NCBI GenBank assembly: GCA_965198005.1
Contig: CBDAOI010000003.1
Span: forward strand, 960,001-1,024,000
Length of the DNA stretch: 64,000 nt
Origin: Spirochaetia bacterium
GTDB taxonomy: Bacteria > Spirochaetota > Spirochaetia > SZUA-6 > Bin103
Direction of reading: 5' to 3'
The notes under the pieces are model-generated. The model made no database searches. It was not told the DNA's origin and saw only the letters and a program-made list of their open reading frames with translations. This document shows, piece after piece, positions 41,666 to 52,700 of this stretch (position 1 is the first letter of the stretch; each line of letters begins with the position of its first letter). The position numbers and the translations under genes were made by a program.

Positions 41666-42474
41666 GACCGTTCCTGGGTGTGCAAGTAATAGAATGCATC
41701 GGCGATCGCGACCGGATCCATCACCACCTCCGGCCGCTCGCGCGCGATCGGCAGCGCCCGCGTGCCGGGTGAGTCGATCAGGCCGTCGATCACCACGTTG
41801 GCCACGTGCACGCCGTGCTCGGAGTACTCCTCGGTGAGCACCTGCGCGAGCGTGCGCATCAGCACCCTGGGGTAGTACAGCGACTGCCCGGTCAGACGCT
41901 TGCGCCCGCGCAGCGAGGCGGCGTTGTTGGTCAGCAGAAAGGAGCCGCGGCCGCGCTCCCGCATGGCCGGCAGCACCTCCTTGGCGACCAGGAACGGGCC
42001 GCGGCTGCACAGGTGCTGGGCGGTCTCGAACATCTCCAGCGGGACGTGCTCCAGCAACTCCTTGCCGGGCGGCAGCTCGCGTCCCTCCAGGTAGCCGGCA
42101 TTGTAGACCACCACCTCCGGCTCCCCGGCCGCGCGCCGGATGGTCGCGAACGCCTGCGCGATCGACTGCGCTGACACCAGGTCCAGCTCCACGATCATGC
42201 ATGCGCCGCCCTGCTGGTCGATCGCCTCCTTGAGCGCGGCCGCGTTGGCGGCGATTCGGGTGGTGAGCGCCACGAAGTAGCCCTCGGCGGCGAACTTCTG
42301 CGCCACGGCGCCACCCACGCCCCAGCGCATCCCCACCGGCAGCGCGCGGTCGTCAAGCGCCCGGCCGTGCGCCAGCCTGGTGTTGCGGCCGTCCGCCTGC
42401 CACTTGGAGGTCGCGCCGATCACGACTGCCGTCGGTCCGGCTGTGGCGGGTCCGGTGGTTGTGTCCATCAGCAT
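41611..42474 (-). CDS. SDR-family oxidoreductase
   Basis: GVGGAVAQKF, VYNAG, ASLRG, GVHVANVVIDGLID, WTHEL. Confidence 0.85.
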   Translation of the reverse strand: MLMDTTTGPATAGPTAVVIGATSKWQADGRNTRLAHGRALDDRALPVGMRWGVGGAVAQKFAAEGYFVALTTRIAANAAALKEAIDQQGGACMIVELDLVSAQSIAQAFATIRRAAGEPEVVVYNAGYLEGRELPPGKELLEHVPLEMFETAQHLCSRGPFLVAKEVLPAMRERGRGSFLLTNNAASLRGRKRLTGQSLYYPRVLMRTLAQVLTEEYSEHGVHVANVVIDGLIDSPGTRALPIARERPEVVMDPVAIADAFYYLHTQERSCWTHELQLTPFATAPSY

Positions 42475-42493
42475 CTCAGGGTACGCAGCCGCT

Positions 42494-43549
42494 TCAGTTG
42501 TATTCGGTGCCGCCGCGGCGGGTCAGGTACTTGCCGGACACGCTCTTCAGTATCACCCTGCCGAATTGGGGCGAGACCCGTTCCGTGGCCGGCTTCACCA
42601 CCGCGCCCTCGCGCACGTGGCTGCCGCCGAGCGCCGTAACCCCATCGGTCAGCTCCTGCAGCTTGGCCAGGCTGAACGGGCCCTCGTACAGCCGGGGAAC
42701 GATCGGGAACAGATCGCCCAGCGACTCCGTGAGCTCGGCCGGACCCAGGTAGCGCCCGCTTCCCGGATCGCCGACGTAGGCATCGAACACGGCGAACGCC
42801 GGATTGGGCTTGCCGTAGTGCAGATCCTGCACCCCGCGCCCGTACACCTCGCCCAGAACGTAGAGCGGCTGATCGCCGGCGGCAAGGCGGGTGCGGGCCG
42901 CCCCGAACGCCTCGGCATGGGCGTGCCAGGTACGCACGTACAGGTTGTTGCGGTTCACTTCGTCGTCGAGGATCAGCGCCAACCCTTTGTCCGACATCCC
43001 CTTGGAAGTGACGATCGGGCCGTGGTCCGGGTGCCATCCCAGGCAGCACCAGGTGCCGTGCAGCTTCTCCGTGATCGCCACCGGTTCTCCGGGGCGCAAC
43101 TCGTCCGGGTACTTCTTGAAGTCCTCGATGTCGTAATGCAGGGTGGCGCCGTGCACCGCCCGCACCTCGCCCTGCATCGACACGGGGATCGGCGGCTCGT
43201 ACTTGACCAGCTCCAGCAGGTCGGTGACGTCGTCGCCCGCGCGCACCTCTTGCCCGCGAATCTTGCCGTCGCGCACGGGGTACACCAACCCCTGCGAGAG
43301 GGCGCCGCGGAGCTGTACCGCCTTGACGCGGTTGTGCTTGCTGCCGGCCAGCTTGCCCTCGAGCCCGAGCTCCGCGATCAGCCAGTCGGGACAGATCGCC
43401 GCCTCGGGGACGTACGCGGCGAGGTCGCCGTTCACGAAGGAGTCCTTGCCGACGACGCAACGGAAACCGCCGATCGCCGCCAACTCAAGGCGGTCGGCGT
43501 TGGGGTGCGGCTCGATGAGCAGCGCATGTACGCGTGATTCAAACGCCAT
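42494..43549 (-). CDS. ATP-dependent RNA ligase, DRB0094 type (N-terminal tRNA-binding-like OB domain)
   Basis: HPNADRLE, LRGALSQGL, motif I TEKLHGT, GEVYG, FAVFD, EGAVVK, ILKSVS. Confidence 0.9.
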   Translation of the reverse strand: MAFESRVHALLIEPHPNADRLELAAIGGFRCVVGKDSFVNGDLAAYVPEAAICPDWLIAELGLEGKLAGSKHNRVKAVQLRGALSQGLVYPVRDGKIRGQEVRAGDDVTDLLELVKYEPPIPVSMQGEVRAVHGATLHYDIEDFKKYPDELRPGEPVAITEKLHGTWCCLGWHPDHGPIVTSKGMSDKGLALILDDEVNRNNLYVRTWHAHAEAFGAARTRLAAGDQPLYVLGEVYGRGVQDLHYGKPNPAFAVFDAYVGDPGSGRYLGPAELTESLGDLFPIVPRLYEGPFSLAKLQELTDGVTALGGSHVREGAVVKPATERVSPQFGRVILKSVSGKYLTRRGGTEYN

Positions 43550-43564
43550 GGTTCCGGAGCAGGG

Positions 43565-43594
43565 AAGATAGTCACTCGCCCGCTGCGCGGTCAA
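43565..43594 (-). promoter_or_regulatory. candidate sigma70 promoter for the RNA ligase gene
   Basis: TTGACC-N18-TATCTT ending 15 nt before the ATG. Confidence 0.45.
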
Positions 43595-43779
43595 ATCAAA
43601 TGCCTTGCGGCCCTTGCGGCCTTGCACGTGGCCGCCGCGCGGCCGCCGCGCGCGCCCCGAGCGCGTTGACTGGTTGGCGGAAGTATGAGATAAGGAAGGC
43701 CGGCTTCGGGAGCAGATTGAATGGACCTCGACCCACGGTCCGGCACTGTCGGCACAATCAGATTCCGAGAGGAGTCACT

Positions 43780-44540
43780 CCGCCGCCGCCGCTCTTGCCG
43801 TCACTCCGCACACCCTGCAGCGCCTGCACGCCCTTTGCCTGTCCGCCAGCGGCGATGCCGGGCAGTTCAAACGGGTCGACAACGACATCGTTGAGCTGCG
43901 GCCCGGACAGGCCCCGGTTGTCCGGTTCCGTTGTGTCAGCGCTGACGAGACAGCGGCGGCGGTCGACGAACTTTGCCAACGCTATCGCTACGCGCTCGAC
44001 CAGGACCAGATTCCGCCGCTGATCGCCATTGTCGCATTGGTCCTGGACTTCCTCTGCATTCACCCGTTCCGGGACGGCAACGGGCGGGTGTCGCGCCTGC
44101 TTACCCTGCTGGGGTTGTACCAGCACGGCTACGAGGTCGGCCGGTATCTCAGCCTCGAACGTCTCATCGAGGAATCCCGGGAGGACTACTACGATTGTCT
44201 GCACCGCAGTTCACAGCGCTGGCACGACGGCAAGCACGAGCTGACGCCGTGGTTCAACTTCATGTTGGCGATCATTCGTCGCGGTTACGTCGAACTGGAG
44301 AGACGGGTCGGTGAGGTCAAGGCCCCGCGCGGCGCCAAGTCGGCCATGGTGCTGGCCGCGGTTCGCGCGCAGCCGGGCGAATTCCGCTTGAGCGACCTGG
44401 AACGCGCTTGTCCCGGCGTCGGCCGCGAGTGGATTCGCGCCCTGCTGGCCGATCTGCGGAGGTCCGGCGATGTTTCCTGCCGGGGCCGCGGCCCCGGCGC
44501 TCGCTGGCGGTACCTCGACAATAAGCGTAGCAACCGCTAA
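43780..44540 (+). pseudogene. Fic-family protein, 5'-truncated
   Basis: HPFRDGNGRVSRL Fic motif and C-terminal wHTH; no proper start. Confidence 0.85.
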
Positions 44541-44804
44541 GTAAGGGTAGTAAAGAGGGTAAATCGAACAGCGGTGTAGGGAGGACGCTATCGACTACGC
44601 CTTTCGCAGCTATGCGCGACCGCGGCGCAAGCACGAGGGCGAGATCAGAGGGCCGGCGGTGGGCGTGACCGATCATATCCGGAATCTGTCCGCGGTCGTA
44701 CGGCTGATCGACGGCTGAACGCCGAAGCCGGGGCCGCGCGGCCCCTATCGAGTCCCTCGCCGTGAACTGGCCCTGTTCACCCGCCCGTAGCGGCCGACGG
44801 CACG

Positions 44805-45045
44805 CCCACCGCCGCCGGCAAGTCTCGGATCCAGCAAATCTCTGAGCGCGTCGCCGAACATATTCGCACCGTAATCTCTGCACGATGAGATCAAATGTTC
44901 CGCCAAGATATCCGGAAGGAACGCCTATTGTTACCGCGACTGCCACTGCGACCGTAGTCGCCGCCAAGCCAACGATGGTCGAGATGCGCGCCCCGTAGAT
45001 AAGTCGGCTGAGAATATCTCTTCCCAATTGGTCCGCACCAAGCAA
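44805..45045 (-). pseudogene. dppC paralogue remnant with central deletion
   Basis: LGADQLGRDILSRLIYGARIS..DLIVQR joined to NMFGDALRDLLDPRL. Confidence 0.8.
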
Positions 45046-45049
45046 GTGA

Positions 45050-45792
45050 TCTGCGGATGGTGGCGCCCTTCCAGCGGTTCCCAGATAACGCCACGGCCGA
45101 ACAGTGGTTCGTTGAAACCCGCTGGCCGTCTGGTGTTCAGTGCCCCGCCTGCGCCTCGGACAACGTGCAGGCGCGACCGACGCGCAAGCCCCAGCCCTAC
45201 CGGTGCCGCTCCTGCCGCACCGACTTCTCCGCCAAGACCGGCACCCTGATGCAGGGTTCCAACCTCGGTTTCCAGACCTGGGTAATCGCGCTCTACCTGC
45301 TGACCACGGGGTTGAAGGGAACCTCCAGCATGAAGCTCCATCGAGACCTGGGCGTCACGCAGAAAACCGCGTGGCACTTGGCGCATCGCATCCGCGAGAC
45401 CTGGGCCGCGCACGCTGCCGCGTTCGACGGGCCGGTGGAACTGGACGAGGCCTACCTCGGGGGCAAGGAGGACCACGAAGCGCGAGCGGGGCCGTCCGCG
45501 CAAACAGCAATCAGGGGCCAGCGGGTCAAAGCGGGGACCCGGGCGACCGCCCAAGATCATGCCCACACCGATTCCGGCGACGCTGGATGAGTTGGCCCGC
45601 GCGATCATGCAGGGGCCACCCAAAAAGGAATGGGACTACCTCAAAGCCAAGAAGTAGCCGCGTGAATCGTCTGAACCTCTGGCGATTGGCGTCAGGTGGG
45701 TCGCGTTCGAGGATGCCTGGCAGTGGGCAGTGGTACGAAATGGCGTAATCTGCCCGTTACCCAGCTATGGGTAAGATTATATATAATCCCCC
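45050..45792 (+). mobile_element. IS1595-family remnant (Zn-ribbon/HTH kept, DDE domain largely deleted) with small passenger ORF 45559-45657
   Basis: RWPSGVQCPAC..YRCRSC, SSMKLHRDLGVTQKTAW, VELDEAYLGG; candidate right end tataatccccc at 45782-45792. Confidence 0.8.
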
Positions 45793-45794
45793 AA

Positions 45795-46010
45795 CACACC
45801 GTGTCGGGGGTGGACTGGTGGTACGACGGATGGTAGCGGGTGCCCTTGCCGGCGGCGGTCACGCGGAAGCCGGCGGTGCGCGCCCAGTCCACCTGCTCGC
45901 AGATCAGCGCCGGCTGATCGCCGTAAGCCAGGCATGCCCACCCGCACCGGCCGCCCCTCGGCCGCCCGCCGCTCCAGCCCGCGCGCCAGATTCACCGCCG
46001 CACCTCCCCG
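45795..46010 (-). pseudogene. fragments of homoserine-dehydrogenase-like/SAF oxidoreductase
   Basis: RAAEGRPVRVG joined to AYGDQPALICEQVDWARTAGFRVTAAGKGT. Confidence 0.6.
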
Positions 46011-46102
46011 ATCATCGGTAGTGGTCAGTATTGTATTGCGCATGCGCCGTGAGCGCCGACGGGATTCACCGTGTGATAAGATGTGATACAGGGGTTCACC
46101 GC

Positions 46103-46510
46103 GTGCCTGCTGAACTGGAGACGATCATCGAAGTGCTGGAGTCGGATTGCGATCGGCTCGGGCACCTGAACCACGTGAAGGCGGTCAGGATGCTGGAGCG
46201 TGCGCGCGGCCACTGGTACACCGCCAACGGCCTGCGCGACGCCGGCAGGAACTACGTCCCGGTGGTGGTCAACATCAACTACAACTATCGCCGGGAGTGT
46301 TTCCTCGGCGAGCGCCTGCGCGTCATGACGCGGGCGCAGAGGCTCGGGCGCAAGAGCTTTACGCTCGGCCACGAGGTCATCAAGCCGGACGGCGCGATTG
46401 CGCTCCAGGGAGAGGCCACGAGCGTGATCATGGACCTGGACTCGCGGGTGATCGTTACCGTACCCGAGTGCGTGGCCAGCCACGTGCCGGCGCGGGAGGC
46501 GGCGGAGTGA
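46103..46510 (+). CDS. acyl-CoA thioesterase (hot-dog, 4HBT family)
   Basis: DCDRLGHLNH..LERAR, INYNYRRE, LGRKSF. Confidence 0.85.
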   Translation: MPAELETIIEVLESDCDRLGHLNHVKAVRMLERARGHWYTANGLRDAGRNYVPVVVNINYNYRRECFLGERLRVMTRAQRLGRKSFTLGHEVIKPDGAIALQGEATSVIMDLDSRVIVTVPECVASHVPAREAAE

Positions 46511-48285
46511 GTCAGGCGAGTCAGGCGCCAGCCCCGGACGAGCGCGAGTACCTGGCCACGGTAGCCAGGCTGGTCGAGCAAGCCTGGCCCGCCGGTGTGC
46601 CACGCGAGGTGCGCTATCCGTTCGGCGAGATCCCGGTGACCGACCATCTGCGGCAGGCGGCGCGCGCGACACCCGACAAGGCCGGCGTCGTCTACTACGG
46701 CTATCAGCTCACCTACGCCCAGCTCGACGAGGCCAGCGACCGGTTCGCCGCCTTCCTGGAGGCGCGCGGGCTGGTACGCGGAGACCGCGTGGCGGTGCTG
46801 CTCTACAACTGTCCGCAGTACTTCATCGTGTTCTACGGCATCCTCAAGCTCGGCTGCGCGCACGTGCCGGTGAATCCGATGTTCAAGCAACACGAACTGC
46901 GCTATCAGCTCGCCGACGCCGACCCGAGAGTCCTGGTCACGATGGATCGGCTCTTTCCGCTGGTCGAGGCCGTGCGGGACGAAACCAGCCTCGAGGCGGT
47001 GGTCGTCACCAGCTTCGCCGACTACCTCCCGAGCGAGCCCAGCCTGCCGCTCCCGAAGCTGCTGCAGGAACCGCCGCGCGCCTGTCCCGGCGCCCTCGAG
47101 CTGCCGGAGCTGCTGGCCAACCACGGTCCCGACTTTACGCGCCCCGCCCTCAGCCTCGACGACCTGGCCAGCATCAACTATACCGGCGGCACCACCGGGA
47201 TGCCGAAGGGGTGCATGCACACGCAGCGCAACATGCTGCATGCCTGCACCGCGGGCAGGGTGGTGTATCTGCGCCCCGGCGCCTCGCCCCGCGACGCCCG
47301 TACCGTGTCCTACGTGCCGAGCTTCTGGATCTCCGGCCAACTCCGGCTGCTCGACACGGTCCTGACCGGATCGACGCTCATCTACTTCGCCCGCTGGGAC
47401 GCCGAAGCCGTGCTGCAGGCGATCGAGCGGTACCAGGTCACGCACCTCAGCGGACCGCTCGACACCATCGTGGAGCTGATGGAACGCCCGGACGCCGCGC
47501 GGCGCGATCTGAGCTCGCTCGAAGTCACCTCCTGCACGTCGTTCGTCAAGAAGCTCAACCTCGACTATCGGCGCCGCTGGCGCGATCTGACCGGGATTAC
47601 CTTGCACGAGGCGTCGTTCGGCATGACCGAGACCCATACGTGGGACACGTTCACCATGGGAATGCAGGCCGACGACCTGGACCTCAAGTCCACGCCCATC
47701 TTCGTGGGGCTGCCCACAGCCGGCACCCGGTACAAGATCGTCGACCGCGACCGTGGCCGGCTGGCGCCGCTCGGGGAGGAAGGGGAGATCGTGGTGTCCT
47801 CGCCATCGCTCATGAAGGGCTACTGGAGGGACCCCGAGAAGAGTGCGGAGCAGATCCGGGACGGGTGGTTTCGCACCGGCGACGTCGGCATGATCGACCG
47901 GCGGGGCTACCTCCACTACCTCGGCCGCGACAAGGAGATGCTCAAGGTCAAGGGGATGAACGTCTACCCGTTCGAGGTCGAAAGCCTGCTTGGTCATCAC
48001 CCGGCGATCGCCGGCAGTGCCGTGGTCGGCCGCGCCGATGACGAGCGCGGCGAGGTGCCGGTGGCGTTCGTGAAGCTCGCGCCCGGCTACGAGGCCACGA
48101 CGGACGAGGAGATCAGCACCTGGTGCCGCGAGAACATGGCGACCTACAAGCTGCCCGAGATCCGTATAGTGGAAGAGTTTCCGCTCACGGAGGTCGGCAA
48201 GGTGAGCAAGGTCCTCCTGCGCCGGCAGTTGCCGGGCGCCGCTGACCTGTCGGGCACGGGCAAGACCGGGCAACACCGCGAATAG
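46507..48285 (+). CDS. AMP-dependent acyl-CoA synthetase
   Basis: YTGGTTGMPKG, FGMTET, WFRTGD, GRDKEMLKVKG, GKVSK. Confidence 0.95.
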   Translation: MSQASQAPAPDEREYLATVARLVEQAWPAGVPREVRYPFGEIPVTDHLRQAARATPDKAGVVYYGYQLTYAQLDEASDRFAAFLEARGLVRGDRVAVLLYNCPQYFIVFYGILKLGCAHVPVNPMFKQHELRYQLADADPRVLVTMDRLFPLVEAVRDETSLEAVVVTSFADYLPSEPSLPLPKLLQEPPRACPGALELPELLANHGPDFTRPALSLDDLASINYTGGTTGMPKGCMHTQRNMLHACTAGRVVYLRPGASPRDARTVSYVPSFWISGQLRLLDTVLTGSTLIYFARWDAEAVLQAIERYQVTHLSGPLDTIVELMERPDAARRDLSSLEVTSCTSFVKKLNLDYRRRWRDLTGITLHEASFGMTETHTWDTFTMGMQADDLDLKSTPIFVGLPTAGTRYKIVDRDRGRLAPLGEEGEIVVSSPSLMKGYWRDPEKSAEQIRDGWFRTGDVGMIDRRGYLHYLGRDKEMLKVKGMNVYPFEVESLLGHHPAIAGSAVVGRADDERGEVPVAFVKLAPGYEATTDEEISTWCRENMATYKLPEIRIVEEFPLTEVGKVSKVLLRRQLPGAADLSGTGKTGQHRE

Positions 48286-48357
48286 AGGAGAGGGCTCTGT
48301 AACTGCAAGCAATAGGGAGGCACCAAGTGTCATGTGCCTTGGAGGCAGATGAGGCTG

Positions 48358-48765
48358 TCATGCGGATTGGATCAGCTTGAGGTTGGAGATATCGGCGAAG
48401 TCGCCGTCGTGCGAGGCCAGTGGACACTTCAACAGGATAGCGGTCGCGGCAATCCATGCATCTGCGGCTTTCAGTTCCCGTCCAACGGACCTTCGCTCGG
48501 TACGCAGGTGCGCGGAGATGTGGATCAGTTCTTGAGTTACCCACACGACATCATACTGATTGAGATGTGCGGCAAGATCCGTCTTGCGTCTTTGGCCCCA
48601 GTTATCCTTGTACGCGCCGAACCATAGCTCCTCCAGCGTTTGAAACGATATGAAACTTCGACGGCCGGCGAGTCGCTTCTCGTAGTACGGTGCCCGGCTA
48701 TCCTGATTGTGGATGATCGAGACAACGCTGGTGTCCACGACTACGGGCGGTTCAGGAACCATCAA
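48358..48765 (-). CDS. PIN-domain (VapC-like) toxin
   Basis: VVVDTSVVS, TLEEL, ADAWIAATA, LASHDGDF. Confidence 0.9.
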   Translation of the reverse strand: MMVPEPPVVVDTSVVSIIHNQDSRAPYYEKRLAGRRSFISFQTLEELWFGAYKDNWGQRRKTDLAAHLNQYDVVWVTQELIHISAHLRTERRSVGRELKAADAWIAATAILLKCPLASHDGDFADISNLKLIQSA

Positions 48766-49613
48766 GCGTCGCGGCCTTCCCGGATAGCGCGCATGAACTC
48801 ATCGACATCGGTTGGCTCGCTCGCCCTGACCACCTTTTCAGGGTCGAAGACCTTCGGGTTGGGGTCATTCAAGAGATTGTTCAGATCAAATGGCTCCACC
48901 CACGATCGCGTCGCTCTGAGTTGCTCGACGTGAAAATCGCCCCAGTTGCCATCCGTGACGAAGTGGCCGCGACCTGTGACTTCGACGTACTGCGTCGCGA
49001 GACGTTGCATGGCTTCATCCAGTACGGCGTCGAATCGTAACCGAACGTAGTCGTCCCCGTAGTTGTGGAGTTGAGCGGTGCGCCGGTTCCAGTTGACCAT
49101 CATCAGTCGTCCCTGCAGGGTCGCGTCCACTTCCTCTGACGTAGCCCGTTCACAGACGTGCTTTATTCGAGTCAAGGTTAGGCAACCTTCGGTGTCGGGG
49201 CTTCTGAGCCGTATCAGGTCAATTTCCTCCGACAACGCATTCGGCATGGCTGTCAGTTCGTGGACGACCTTTTGAGGCAACGACGGGTCTTGCGTGCCAT
49301 TCCAGTTCAGAATGTCGTGCACGGCCTGGGCGCCGTAGTGACGCAGCTCGAGTTGGGCACCGTACGGAGGAGAGAGCTCCAGCTCAGCGACAAAGGAGCC
49401 TGGGGATGTGCGGACCAACCGCAACGCGCTTTGCTCGCATACCAGCTTTGACGGTCGGCCGCGGCGGGAGGTGCCGGCGCCCATCAGATGGCCTACCATG
49501 AGTCGCACGGCCCGCTGCACGTGGGTCAAGGTCTTCCACAGATCCTCCACCGCGAGCCCGTCTTCACCGACATGTGGCCCTTCGAATGTGATATGTAGCT
49601 GATTCTTCAGCAC
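48762..49613 (-). CDS. 283-aa hypothetical protein coupled to the PIN toxin
   Basis: GTG with GGAGG RBS; ATGA overlap with the PIN gene; tail DVDEFMRAIREGR is antitoxin-like. Confidence 0.65.
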   Translation of the reverse strand: MLKNQLHITFEGPHVGEDGLAVEDLWKTLTHVQRAVRLMVGHLMGAGTSRRGRPSKLVCEQSALRLVRTSPGSFVAELELSPPYGAQLELRHYGAQAVHDILNWNGTQDPSLPQKVVHELTAMPNALSEEIDLIRLRSPDTEGCLTLTRIKHVCERATSEEVDATLQGRLMMVNWNRRTAQLHNYGDDYVRLRFDAVLDEAMQRLATQYVEVTGRGHFVTDGNWGDFHVEQLRATRSWVEPFDLNNLLNDPNPKVFDPEKVVRASEPTDVDEFMRAIREGRDA

Positions 49614-49768
49614 GCCCTCCCGGTCACTCGGTGCGACACTCAGATGATGGCCAGTATTGGGGGGATTATACCAGTTCAGGACGGCCATAGCCTATCGCGC
49701 ACCGTCCGCACCCATCTTCGTGGGGCTCGCAAGGAACTCCCGCGCCGGCAGTGCGCGGCGGCCGCCGC

Positions 49769-52700
49769 TTACCAGGTGTCAACGTAGGGGCGCTTCTTCC
49801 CGGACCGCGGCGGTGGCGGCGGCAGCCGCCGCATGCCGGCGGCGATCCACCAGCGCGTATCCGCGGGGTCGATGACGTCGTCGACGCCGCCGCCGGCCAC
49901 GGCGTTGACGGCCTTGGCCCGCTGGTAGGCGTCCGCGACCCGGCGCTCGAACTCCACGCGCCGCTGCTCGGGATCCTCGATCGCCGCCAGCTCCCTGCGG
50001 TAGCCGAGCTTGACCGCGCCTTCGAGGTTCATGCCCGAGAATTCGGCCGTCGGCCAGGCGACGGTGAAGAAACCGAGCAGCGAGCAGGCGCCGCACATCG
50101 CCTGCACGCCCAGCCCGTACGCCTTGCGCACGATCACGCCGAACAGCGGCGTGGTCAGGTTGGCGCCGGTGTTGAACATGCGCGCGCAGTGCCTGACCAG
50201 CGCCGTGCGCTCGTGCTCCGGCCCGACCATGATGCCGGGGCAGTCCATCAGACTCAGCACCGGGAGGTCGAAGGCGTCGCAGAGCTGCAGGAAGCGCGCG
50301 CCCTTGTCGGCGCCGTCGGAATCGATCGCCCCGGCCAGGTGATGCGGGTTGTTGGCGAGCACCCCCAGGGGGCGGCCCTCGACCCGGATGAAGGCGGTGA
50401 TGATGCCGACGCCGAACTGCTCGCGCAGCTCCAGGACCGAGCCGCGGTCGGCGATGGTCTCGATCACCTCGCGCATGTCGTACAGGCGCAGCCGGTTCTC
50501 GGGCACCACGTGACGCAAGCGGCGCTGGTCGTGGCTCTCCCAGTCATCCAGCGCGCCCTGGAAGTACGAGAGGTAGCGCTTGGCCACGTCGACGGCGCTC
50601 GCCTCGTCCTCCACCAGAATGTCGACCACGCCGTTGGGGACCTGGAACGACATGGGCCCCACCTCCTCGGGCGTATAGACCCCCAGGCCGCCGCCCTCGA
50701 TCATCGCCGGTCCGCCCATCCCGATGGTCGAATTCCGGGTCGCGATGATGACGTCGCAGCAGGCCAGCAGCGCGGTGTTGCCGGCAAAGCAGCGCCCGTT
50801 GTTGATACCGACCAGCGGCACCAGCCCGCTGAGTTGCGAGAACTGCATGAAGGTGGGGGTGTCCATGGCCACCCGTGGTCCCACGTAGTCGTCGCCGGGG
50901 CGGCCGCCGCCGCCTTCGGTGAAGACCACCACCGGAAGCCGGAAGCGCGTGGCCAGCTCGTACATTCGGTCCTGCTTGTAGTGGTTGCGGCGGCCCTGGG
51001 TGCCGGCCAGCACGGTGTAGTCGTAGGCGACGACGAGCGCGCGTGAGTGCTGGTCGGCGAATCGAGCGCCGTTGATCGACGCCGTACCGACGATCAGGCC
51101 GTCGCCCGGCGTCTTCTCGCGCAGCGCCTGGTCGTCGTTGCGCTGGTGCTGCAGCGCGACCACCAGCGGCCAGTACTCCTGAAACGAGCCGGGGTCGACG
51201 AGCTGGGCGATGTTCTCGCGCGCCATGCGGAAACCGCGCTGCCGCCGTTTGGCAACCGCTTCCGGCCGGTTTTCGTCGAGCGTGTAGGCGTGCCGGTCGA
51301 TCGTTTCCTGCAGGTCGGGACGGATCCGGTCGAGGTCGACCGATTCCTCGACGGCGCCGCTGCGTTCCCCCACCGCCGCCGGTTCGACGTAGACCAGCGG
51401 ATCTCCTTCGAGGATGACGTCACCCACGCTCACCGCGATGCGGCGCACGATGCCCGATGCCGCGGCCTGCACGAGGTGCTCCATCTTCATCGCTTCCATC
51501 ACGACCAGCTCCTGGCCCGCGTGCACGGCATCGCCCTCGGCGGCGAGCACGCTGACGACCGTGCCCTGGATGGGAGCCGGCAGCCCGACCGAGCCGTCCG
51601 GGGCGGTCAGGTGGATGGCGGCGTCGGCGGAGCGGGCGGGACCGCGGTCCGGGGCCGCCCCGGCCGCGCGGGCGTGGGCGAACACCGCCAGCGGATCGGT
51701 GCTGACGGTCTGCGCGCCGCCGGCGGGCGCCGCCCCGGCGAACGGTCGCCGCCGCCGGTCGGTTCGGGGCGCCACCAGGTCGGACAGGTGGTCGTCGACG
51801 AACCGCGTGTAGATGCGACCGGCGCGGAAGTCCGGATGGTTCACGAGGTTCTGCAGGAACGGGATGTTGGTCGCCACTCCCGCCAGACGGAACTCGCCCA
51901 GTGCTCGCGAGGTGCGCCGCACCGCGTCCGCGAAGTGGGGCGAGGTCGAGTGACCGACGACCTTGGCCAGCAGCGAGTCGAACGCCGGGTTGGTCGTATA
52001 GCCGGCGTAGCCGTAGGTGTCGGTGCGGACCCCGGGCCCGGTCGGCGGCTCGAACGCGGTGATGGTTCCCCCCCCGGGCCGCATCCGGCCGTCGGCGCTC
52101 AGGGTCTCCAGGTTCACGCGCGCCTGAATCGCGAAGCCGCGTGGAGCGGGGATCTGCTCCTGCGTGAGCCCGAGCTCCGCCAGCGACCGGCCGCCGGCGA
52201 TGCCGAGCTGCGCCTGCACCAGGTCGAGGCCGGTGACCGCCTCGGTAACCGTGTGTTCCACCTGCAGCCGGGGGTTGGCCTCAATAAAGTAGAACGCGGC
52301 AGCGTCGCCCACGTCGTCCGCGTCCACCAGAAACTCGAACGTCCCGAGGCTGCGGTAGCCGACCGCGGCTGCCACGCGCCGGGCCGCGTCAATGATGCGC
52401 GTGCGCAGCGCGCCGGGCAGGCTGGGCGCCGGAGCAATCTCGACCAGCTTCTGGTGGCGCCGCTGCGCGCTGCATTCGCGCTCGCCGACCTGCACCACCT
52501 CGGTGCCGTCACCCAGGATCTGCACCTCCACGTGGCGGGCGCGCGCGACCATCTGCTCCACGTACAGGGTCCCGTCGCCGAACGCCCCCTCCGCCTCGGA
52601 CCGGCACCGTTCGAAGGTGGCTGCGATCTGCTCCGCGCTCGACACCGCGCGGGTGCCGCGGCCGCCGCCTCCGGCCACGGCCTTGATCATCATTGCGCAG

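Noticed and set aside
46074-46089. TGTGATA direct repeat upstream of the thioesterase as an operator
   Set aside because: Plausible, but there is no cognate regulator in the window and it is too short to support.
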